DNA of 17,807 bases from contig NW_021824776.1 in assembly GCF_006345805.1 (NCBI RefSeq), positions 1 to 17,807 of the forward strand. The letters are read 5' to 3'. Both the position numbers and the translations under genes were made by a program. Under the pieces are notes generated by a model. That model ran no database searches, was not told where the DNA came from, and was given only the letters and a program-made list of their open reading frames with translations. Of this stretch, positions 9,120 through 17,807 are shown one piece after another; position 1 is the first letter of the stretch; each line of letters begins with the position of its first letter. This DNA is from Octopus sinensis. Lineage: Eukaryota.

Positions 9120-9790
9120 CCAGGCAGGGTTTCTTGCTTTCAAATAACATTCCGTTATTTTCGTATTGAATTTCATTGTGCTCAGATGTTTCCCACAACT
9201 TCTTGATTGTGCTAAAGTACTTTGATTACTCCAAAGGAAGCGTTTCTCAAAATTAATTTTCCATGTTCAAAATTTTGAGATTTACTTTAATCAGACCTTT
9301 CTTCCGGGGTTTATGCTATAGCCACTTATTAGTGTTAGATTGCACATAAAATATTTGCCTAAAAAGCTTTGGGTCACCCTCCTAATTAGATGAATCAACA
9401 AGTGCATTTGATTAAAAATAATATTTTTCCACGTTGAGCTTATTAGCGTTTGAATGAAGAATAGCGTATGGGATTTTCGTCACTGGGGATTTTATCTTTT
9501 GCAAGTTCCTTAAACAGTTTTGGTGGAATCTTTCAACTGGTGCGATGTGGTGGTGCGATGTGATGGTGATAAATCCTCCAACTTTGTGAGCACAGAGAAA
9601 TTACTTGATATCACAACTTGTGTTGATAGAAATCTTCGTCTTGGGAGTGATTCATCTGTCATTCCACACTCGTTTTCTAAAAGTTGCTGAATGAAGTGTT
9701 TGCTTTCATAATGAATTTCAGCATCTAAAGATCTATGAGATGATATGATTTACAGAATTCTGGACAACTTCATACCGTATTCAATTTATC
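9120..9790 (-). mobile_element. Ancient decayed RTE-clade (BovB-like) LINE, RT C-terminal region
   Basis: Stitched minus-strand frames give EVVQN..., SLDAEI, KANTSF, RKRVWNDR, ITPKTKI, LCSQSWRIYHHHIAP, VERFHQNCLRN, VNLK and IKKLWETSEHN, in the canonical RTE order, with many stops and frameshifts. Ends are approximate. Confidence 0.7.
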
Positions 9791-9920
9791 CTGATGTTAG
9801 GATGAACAAAAATCTCTAGATCCTGGCGTTTAGTTATTGATAGACTAACAGTGACTCCAAACGCACACAAAATCACACATACATACATACGTGACTTATA
9901 TATACAAATATATCATGTAC

Positions 9921-9974
9921 GTATTTCATTCAGTTTCACCTCAGAGCTGTGGCCATGCTGGGGCACTGCCATTG
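9921..9974 (-). mobile_element. Extreme 3' tip of the CR1-group LINE or a close relative
   Basis: The reverse complement atggcagtgccccagcatggccacagctctgaggtgaaactgaatgaaat matches 1541-1584. Confidence 0.75.
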
Positions 9975-10086
9975 TTAGTAAAAAATAAATATATGTATAT
10001 GCATTTGTCTGTTTGTGAGCATTTGTGTGCCTGTGTTTATACTGTATTTGCATTCTGTAAATACTAACAGCTTTTTTTGTGCATAA

Positions 10087-10182
10087 ATCTTCCCTCTCTA
10101 TCAATACACTGGAAATACTTCAACCCAATTCAGTTTGAACAAGGAAAGCATACTCATTAAAAAATATAAACCACAGCTGAAT
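10087..10182 (+). pseudogene. Second, diverged PLE GIY-YIG C-terminal remnant
   Basis: IFPLYQYTGNTSTQFSLNKESILIKKYKPQLN versus IFPFYQCAFGSSTQMRLNKETFFIEKYKPRLN from the palindrome: 19/32 identical, no gaps. Confidence 0.8.
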
Positions 10183-10344
10183 GTCATTTACGAGGAAAAA
10201 AAACAAAAAAAAAAGGAAAAAGACCCAAATTCTCCACAAAAAAAAAATGAAACAACCAGAGAGGACAGACATAATTCAAAACACTTTAGTAACAGTCTTC
10301 CACTCGGATTTCGAAACCCCAACTCAAACAACCATACAGTAATA

Positions 10345-10572
10345 TCTATTACTTTACTACCCTCAAGGGGCTAAACACAGAGAGGACGAACAAGGACAGA
10401 CAAACGGATTAAGTCGATTATATCGACCCCAGTGCGTAACTGGTACTTATTTAATCGACGTCGAAAGAATGAAAGGCAAAGTCGACCTCGGCGGAATTTG
10501 AACTCAGAACGTAGCGGCAGACGGAATACCGCTCAGCATTTCGCCCGGCGTGCTAACGTTTCTGCCAGCTCG
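10345..10572 (-). mobile_element. tRNA-derived SINE family B, tail type 1, full length with target-site duplication
   Basis: A-box-like tggcagaaacgttag and B-box gagttcaaattcc, then a gcctttcattctttcgacgtcgatt body. Flanked by the direct repeat cagtaata (10337-10344 and 10573-10580). Confidence 0.9.
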
Positions 10573-11045
10573 CAGTAATACCATGTAAACTCCTGCTGCT
10601 GACGACTCCTAACTCTAGACCAGTGAAATTTTACCTCTGACCAAAACCGAACTTCAATAAATATGACAAAATGACGCTTAAGAGAATCAACCAACCGGAA
10701 CGGCTGTTGACCGTTCCCCATAGGGAAGTCAACCAACCAGAGCGATAAACATGACCACCAGAAAAATCAGTATTTTAACGAATCAAAAATCATATCCATT
10801 CACAGAAAAAAACAAAAAAAACAAACAGAAATACACTAGATTCCAAAAACCGCCGTTAAAAGTGAAAATCCCTGCACATGATGGAAAAAGAATCACAGAA
10901 ACTGTAACAAAACCCGTTTTTGTATAATGTACATTTCTGCTTGTTTTCCTCCCTCATATAGAACAATTTTAACGCTGTTGAATTTTGTGTACTTAAACAT
11001 GATGGTTTTTCTACCTTGCAATTTAAACTTTTTATCATTGATATT

Positions 11046-11261
11046 TTTATCTTTTCTACTCTAGGCACAAGGGCCGAAATTTTTGCGGGAGGGGGCTAGT
11101 CCATTAGATCGATCCCCAATGCGCAACTAGTACTTAATTCATCGACCCAGAAAGGATGAAAGGCAAAGTTGACCTCGGCGGAATTTGAACTCAGATCATA
11201 AAGACAGGAAACAACACTACACATTTCGCCTGGCTTGCTAACGTTTCTGCCAGCTCACCGC
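11046..11261 (-). mobile_element. tRNA-derived SINE family B, tail type 2
   Basis: Same head and body as 10345-10572, but the tail is ...ctagccccctcccgcaaaaatttcggcccttgtgcctagagtagaaaag. Confidence 0.88.
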
Positions 11262-11589
11262 TTTAATGAACCAAAAAAATACTGTTGAAACTAGTTTGGT
11301 ATGTACGTAAATAAATTTATTTAGAAATTCTTACAAGTTTTTTCAGATTCAGGTGCATTTTCAACAAGAAATTTTTCTATATATTTTTTCCGCTTGGAAA
11401 TACACATCCCCTTTCGTTATACATATAATGGAGTTATTAGTAGCTCATAACTATATATTGTGTACATTAAACAAGCATCTCTGAACTGAATATGTATATA
11501 TCTGTCAATCTTTCTATGTTTATACGCAAGAACATCCATAAATACATGCATATATGCACACACGTATGTTAATTATACATGTGTAATAT

Positions 11590-11615
11590 ATTTGTAGCTA
11601 TGTATGAACGCATAC

Positions 11616-11669
<54 letters not shown>

Positions 11670-12025
11670 TGTATGCATATATACTCGGTCCGGCGAGTAT
11701 ATATGCACAGAATATTAATATGTAGATATAGGTATTGGTTTGTCTGTGTGTTTGTATGGGTCTATATATGCATTTATATCTTTATATTTCTATGTTTATG
11801 TTTGTTATATGTAAACCAAACAAAATAATTCCAGTCGATATGTATTTAGGCTTGCTATCAATATATAAACTATGCACATACATGAATATGTCTGTATGTA
11901 GATGTAAGTATGTATATACACACACACGAATATGCACATATATCTATATACATAAATATATGCATGCATAAATTCAGACACACACACACGTACACACACA
12001 CACACACATACACACGCACACACGA
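11590..12025. repeat. Mixed (TA)n/(CA)n microsatellite-rich tract
   Basis: (TA)n at ~11610-11680 and (CA)n at ~11977-12022. Confidence 0.85.
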
Positions 12026-12994
12026 ACGTCGGATTCGTTGAGCTGAATACAAACTGAATCTATTTTTCTTTTCACCTTCTTCACAAAAACAGTAAAAATA
12101 CGACTTTTTTTTTTTCTCCCCAAACTTATTTACGTTCATCGAGTTCTTGTATACTATCTTCTCCTTCCCATTTGCTCTGTCTAGCGTCTGAGTAATTTAC
12201 TTTTGACTATTCACACCCTTTCATTGTATAAGTAGAATATTGATTCTCTTGCCTTGTTTGTTGCTTATAATTGGCAGTCAGTTTTCCACTTCGCAGGAAA
12301 TTTACTTCACGTCTATCAGTAAATATAATCTATTACAGCTTAACTCTAAAATATTATGAAAGATCTTACTTATTAACAGAGAAATCATTAAATGCGAAAA
12401 TGTGACACGTTTCTAGATATCAGTAAATTTGCATATCAAAGACATGTACAGCTGCAGGATATGCATTGAGCATGCTGTTAAGAAATTTTTATTACAAATA
12501 TCCGTTCGCAGTTCCATACAGAGCCACATGTTGGATCGTAGTGAATGGACTTATGATGGTCGGAACTGTTGAAGTGCACACATAGTAAACATGTGCAATA
12601 TATACTAAATACTGACATATATGCATACGTAAGACAAAAGTGTATCTCTTTGTTTGTGCGATATACAGACGCGCACGCACGGACACACACACACACAGAC
12701 ACCTTCACACGTGTACATATATAACAAACAAGGCAGCTAGTTCTAAAATCTCTATAAGTGATGCAAGTAGATTTCTTCATGTTTCGACTGCATTACTGAA
12801 TATACAGACAGCTGCAGCGGGCTGCCAAGTTTAAGTCGAGCAAGCAATGTTTAGGGCTCCTTTTCTCGCCCTACACCCTGTTGGAGAAAACAATGCTGTG
12901 TCTAAATGGACCTGCTTTGTCGCCACTGGAGGACACTGACAGCAGAGTTACTTATACGTTCTCTGCTGGAACGGCCATTACCCATATATATACC

Positions 12995-13223
12995 CTTTTA
13001 CTCTTTTACTTGTTTCAGTCATTTGATTGCGGCCATGCTGGAGCACCGCCTTTTTAATCGAGCAACTCGACCCCGGGACTTATTCTTTGTAAGCCCAATA
13101 CTTATTCTATCGGTCTCTTTTGCTGAACCGCTAAGTGACGGGGACATAAACACACTAGCATCGGTTGTCAAGTAATGGTAGGGGACAAACACAGACACAT
13201 ACATACACGCACACACACACACA

Positions 13224-13274
<51 letters not shown>

Positions 13275-13430
13275 TACGACGGGCTTCTTTCAGTTTCCGT
13301 CTACCAAATCCGCTCACAAGGCTTTGGTCGGCCCGAGGCTATAGTAGAAGACACTTGCCCAAGGTGCCACGCAGTGGGACTGAACCCGGAACCATGTGGT
13401 TGGTAAACAAGCTACTTACCACACAGCCAC
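12995..13430 (-). mobile_element. tRNA-derived SINE family A (CORE-like segment, internal (AT)/(GT) microsatellite, LINE-like 3' end), copy 1
   Basis: A-box-like gtggctgtgtgg and B-box gggttcagtccc. The segment ggcaccttgggcaagtgtctt resembles the CORE domain. The 3' end is ggcggtgctccagcatggccgcaatcaaatgactgaaac plus (agtaaaag)n. Confidence 0.92.
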
Positions 13431-13599
13431 ATTAATATCGGTGACATGAGACTAGCAGATAAAAATTATTTTGTAATGTGATATGCATACACACAAACCA
13501 TACACACACACACACACATGTATATATGTATATATATATTTTGTTATTTTTATATTTTAAATATTTTGATTACTTTCTCTTGTATGAGACCAGTGCCAT

Positions 13600-15520
13600 A
13601 CTAGTCCCTCCCTGCTTGCTTTCTCATAGCTCCCCTTCATCTTTTAATGTACTGCCCTTCATTTTGAAATTCTCGTCCGTTGGTATATCCTCCATATTTC
13701 GTTAAACATTTAAAAATACATATGAGCAACGCTTTCATTTGGCTTTGCATTTGCTGATGCTGTTTCATATTCCTAGGAATGTTTCTCTTATTGTAGCGAT
13801 TTTAATTCTATTTACATTTTTCTCCTTCATACATTTAATTCTTTGTCATACACACGTATATTCTAATGTTGTGGAAATGGGCTTTAGTACAATTTTCAAT
13901 GTGTATACAGCGTAGTTATCCACGATTTTATGTTGTTGTATATTACTACAGTGTAATTTATTATTTGTGTATCGAGAACCATTTTTTAATTCTGACATGA
14001 ATATAATTAATTGGACATCGCACGATCGATCAAATTTTTAGATCTAATTTTCTGATGCCTATCATGGTCTTTGCCTAAGTTGTTTTACTAGATGGTGTTC
14101 TATACAGCTGGCAAAACTCTTAGTGTAAGTTCTATCATTATGTAGCTGTACTTTTCGTTGCCTAACATTGGCTATCCATATAGGCTGTTGTTAATTGTGT
14201 CATCATGTCCTCCAAGCGTATTTCCTTCATTGCATGCATTATGCTGATCCAGCACCGAATTTTCAGTAATTTAATTTTTAGATCGTGTTACGTGTTTCTC
14301 ATTCAATGTTACAATTGTCCTTTATACTACTAATCGTCTTAGGTTTTTCAGGCACCGAACATGTAGAGGTCTTTTTATACGTTGATTTCTTAATCGTATT
14401 GAGGAATTTTGAAGCTTAGCTTTCTTTCAGGTTGCCATTTTCCATCATAACTCTCTCTCTCATTTCAGTCACTGTTTAGTAATCCTCTTTTACTCTTTCA
14501 CCTCTTTCAGTCATTTGACTGTGGCCATACCGGAGCACCGCCTTTTGTCGAGCAAATCGACCCCAGGAATTATTCTTTGTAAGCCCTAGTACTTATTCTA
14601 TCGGGGACGTGAACACACTAGCATCGGTTGTCAAGCGATGTTGCGAGGACAAACACGGACACACAAACGCACACACACACACACACACACACACACGCAT
14701 ACGCACACACACATATATATATGCATATACACGACAGGATTCTTTCAGTTTCCGTCTACCAAATCCACTCACAAGGTTTTGGTCGGTCCGAAGCTATAGT
14801 AGAAGACAGTTGTCCAAGGTTCCACGCAGTGGTACTGAACCCGGAACCATGTGGTTCGTAAGCAAGCTACTGCCACGCAGCCACTCCTGCGCCAAATACA
14901 GTTTTTATTTGTTCTTGTACACTGAGGCTCGTATGTAGTCCAGGTGTGTCACCTAAATTATTGACATCCCCAAAACGTAAAAAAATTTAAATAAGTCTAA
15001 ACATACCCTGAGGCACTGATGGGATGATGCATGTTTTGTTTTGTAATATACATTGTTTTTAACCACAGTGCATTCTAAGAAGCAAAATTTTGTCTGTATA
15101 AATCACTCTAGGAAGCATTTTTCTATAGCATACGTATATTTAATATAATATACTGCTACATATTTTCACTGGGTTTTGCATAATTTTTCTTTAAATAATT
15201 TTGTAGTCCTACAGTGGATATTATACACCGCTTTGTTTGCAGCTGCATAAGGCCCTAACTTCTTATAGTTGTGGTATAAACATAGTCTTTATATGTAATG
15301 TTTGTGATATTTCATTTTAAATTCGCGTATTAGATTACTGACTTTCCCTTTAGTTTTGTTTGATTACTTATCATCTAATTATGAATATTGTATCTCTAAC
15401 TTAGTAATTTTACAGCTATTGATGTTTATTGCCTGAGTTTGTTGCCATTAGTTCTGATTTAAGTATTAATCTAATGCGTTTATAATGATTTTCCCTACCT
15501 TTCCTTTCGTTTGTATATGT
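13600..15520 (-). mobile_element. Highly decayed RTE-type LINE RT region, interrupted by SINE A copy 2
   Basis: Stitched frames in RT order: NYK......AANK....I..R......E.L...Q, NIR, LY(A)D, SKT, RSKNLID, TTLEY, NRIK and RNMEDIP. The minus strand is A-rich. Motifs are weak and ends approximate. Confidence 0.5.
14485..14893 (-). mobile_element. SINE family A, copy 2, with an internal ~27-bp deletion
   Basis: Colinear with 12995-13430; lacks tctcttttgctgaaccgctaagtgacg. Confidence 0.92.
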
Positions 15521-15893
15521 TGTACACTGTCTAATTCGTTGGTTTCTTATTAATTGTATTTGTTCTTATTCTTTTATCTCTAGTTATTTATCTCCATGAT
15601 TTTAAGTAATGTATTTTTATATTTACGTTTGTATTGGCGCTGTTTTCTTATCGGAATCTCTTAAGAATATCTATGATAAACAATACAGTAGTGTTTCTGG
15701 TCTTCTGTCGTCAACAACACAAAAATCTGTGATAAAGTACAACGTTGTTTAAAATGTCGGTTATAGGCGTCTGTGTCATACAAAATGCGAGTGGAGACAG
15801 AGAAAGCTCCCTTCGAATATTACTGCTCTACTTGCGATAAATTTAGTTTTTACAATTCCCTCGTTTGTGAATATTTATACAATTGTTTATCAA

Positions 15894-16055
15894 GGCGTAG
15901 GAGTGGCTGTGTGTTAAGTAGCATACTAACGAACCTCATGGTTCCGGGTTCAGTCCCACTGCATGGCACCTTGGGCAAGTGTCTTATACTATAGCCTCGG
16001 GCCGACCAAAACCTTATGAGTGGATTTGGTAGACGGAAACTGAAAGAAGCCCGTC

Positions 16056-16111
<56 letters not shown>

Positions 16112-16344
16112 ATATATATATTATGTGTGTGTGTTGTGTGTTTGTGTGTGTCCCCCCAACATCGCTTGACAACCGATGCTGGTTTGTGTTACGTCCCCGT
16201 AACTTAGCGGTTCGGCAAAAGAGACTAATAGAATAAGTACTAGGTTTACACAGAATAAGTCCTGGGGTCGATTTGCTCGACTAAAGGCGATGCTCAAGCG
16301 TGGCCACAGTCAAATGACTGAAACAAGTAAAAGAGTAAAAGAGT
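15894..16344 (+). mobile_element. SINE family A, copy 3
   Basis: ggcgtaggagtggctgtgtg head through cagtcaaatgactgaaacaagtaaaagagtaaaagagt. Confidence 0.93.
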
Positions 16345-16421
16345 CATACACCCAAAACACAGGTCGGTGTCATTAATTGCTGTAGTTAATTTTTATACTC
16401 TTGAGTCATGTTGAAGATTTG

Positions 16422-16492
<71 letters not shown>
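16422..16492. repeat. (AT)n microsatellite
   Basis: Direct reading. Confidence 0.95.
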
Positions 16493-16494
<2 letters not shown>

Positions 16495-16616
16495 ATAGGA
16501 AGATATATTGTTTCTAATTTTTGATCATGTCCTCACTTTGAAAATTTTGCATTTGCTATTGCTGTAGTGTTTTACATACATAAATCATTTTTGTTAATTG
16601 ATGTTCGTTAATTATA

Positions 16617-16905
16617 GGCGCGTGGCTGTATGATAAGTAGGTTGCTTACCAACCACATGATTCGGGGTTCAGTCCCACTGCGTGGCACCTTGGACAGGTG
16701 TCTTCTACTATACCCTCAGGTCGACCAGCACGTCTGGTAAACTGGTTAACGGCGTTACGTTCTAAGTTCAAAATTCCACCGAGATCAACATTGCGTTTCA
16801 CCCTTTCAAGTTTGACAAATAAATACCAGTTGTGAACTGAGTCTGTACACTCAACGTAAGTTCTCTCTCGAAATTCGTAGCCTTGTGCCAAAACTTGAAA
16901 CTTAT
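16617..16905 (+). mobile_element. Composite SINE: family A head (16617-~16727) joined to a family-B-type B-box and body with tail type 3 (~16750-16905)
   Basis: gtggctgtatgataagtag...gggttcagtcccactgcgtggcaccttgg, then acgttctaagttcaaattccaccgagatcaac...gccttgtgccaaaacttgaaac. Confidence 0.75.
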
Positions 16906-16976
16906 TGTAGTAGCAGTAGTAACAATAGAAGAATTATTAGTATTAGTAGTAGTAGTGTCAGTAGTAGCAGCAGTAT
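16905..16976. repeat. (TAG/AGT)n-rich microsatellite
   Basis: Direct reading; a similar tract is at 17772-17803. Confidence 0.8.
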
Positions 16977-16991
16977 CAATAATTACTATAT

Positions 16992-17759
16992 ATTATTCTT
17001 TATTGCCTACAAGGGGCTAAACATGGAGGGGACAAACAAGGACAGACGAATTAAGTCGATAACATCGACGCCAGTGCGTAACTGGTACTTATTTAATCGA
17101 CCCCGAAAGGATGAAAGGCAAAGTCGACCGCGGTAGAATTTGAACTCAGAACGTAGCGGCAGACGAAATACCTATTTCTTTACTACCCACAAGGACTAAA
17201 CACAGAGAGGACAAACAAGGACAGACAAACGGATTAAGTCGATTATATCGATCCAAGTGCGTAACTGGTACTTATTTAATCGACTCCGAAAGGATGAAAG
17301 GCAAAGTCGCCCTCGGTGGAATTTGAACTCAGAACGTAGCGGCAGACGAAATGCCTATTTCTTTACTACCCACAAGGGGCTAAACCCAGAGAGGACAGAC
17401 AAACTGATTAAGTCGATTATATCGATCCAAGTGCGTAACTGGTACTTATTTAATAGACCCCGAAAGATGAAAGGCAAAGTCGACCTCGGCGGAATTTGAA
17501 CTCAGAACGTAGTGGCAGACGAAATACCTATTTCTTTACTACCCAGAAGAAGCTAAACACAGAGAGTACAAACAAGGACAGACAAACAGATGAAGACAAT
17601 TATATCGACCCCAGTGCGTAGCTGGTACTTAATTTATCGACCCCGAAAGGATGAAAGGCAAAATCGACCTCGGCGGAATTTGAACTCAGAACATAACGGC
17701 AGACGAAATACCGCTAAGTACTTCGCACGAAATGCTAACGATTCTACCAGCTTGCCGCC
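16992..17759 (-). mobile_element. Head-to-tail tandem array of four SINE family B (tail type 1) units
   Basis: Units are ~16992-17170, 17171-17353, 17354-17526 and 17527-17759. Only the rightmost (5'-most) unit has the A-box head. Confidence 0.93.
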
Positions 17760-17807
17760 CTATCAATTGTTACTATAGTAGTAATAGTTACAGTAGTAGT
17801 AGCTAAT

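Noticed and set aside
9510-9750. ~80-codon stop-free minus frame as a host exon
   Set aside because: Better explained as an off-frame reading of the decayed RTE, whose motifs are spread over all three frames.
10591-10640. CTGACGA...GAAA downstream of the GIY-YIG remnant as a fourth hammerhead
   Set aside because: The position is suggestive, but stem II closure, stem III and stem I do not pair convincingly; at best a decayed remnant.
12497-12566. Possible 70-nt minus-strand exon (caacAG|TTCCGACC...GATATTT|GTaata)
   Set aside because: No recognisable protein similarity or partner exons; RNA-seq would be needed.
13600-14330. Initially read as a decayed APE endonuclease (AMKEIRL ~ ALSETRL) linked to the 9.1-9.8 kb RTE
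   Set aside because: Colinear RT C-terminal motifs continuing from 14900-15520 fit better, and the intervening DNA shows no RT motifs.
15894-15970. SINE heads as tRNA genes
   Set aside because: They have A/B boxes but no complete cloverleaf, and they continue into SINE body and tail.
10533-17778. Short ORFs overlapping SINEs and (CA)/(TA) tracts (e.g. 13175-13435, 14609-14938, 16646-16891, 17257-17499, 17590-17778)
   Set aside because: They are incidental frames in non-coding SINE or microsatellite sequence.

Overview
AT-rich animal DNA, most likely octopus (inferred from the SINE families and microsatellite load). I can support no host gene. The window is a nest of retroelements. It holds two inverted, 5'-truncated or frameshifted copies of a CR1-group LINE, plus a third 3' tip. 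Between the two copies are kilobase (AT)n arrays containing a near-perfect ~1.33 kb palindrome made of two back-to-back 3' ends of a Penelope-like element (PLE) with a GIY-YIG endonuclease. Three different type-I hammerhead ribozyme folds occur (4919-5012; 6533-6572 with its mirror 5504-5541; 8693-8748), each close to (AT)n. The rest contains two ancient RTE-type LINE remnants, a second GIY-YIG remnant and two tRNA-derived SINE families. One SINE family shares a 3' hairpin with the CR1-type LINE through compensatory base changes. The other forms a 4-unit head-to-tail array and swaps 3' tails. Most short ORFs in the track are microsatellite or SINE artefacts. All alignments and folds were done by eye. 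Homopolymer indels between duplicated segments suggest poorly polished long-read sequence at about 1.6-7.1 kb.
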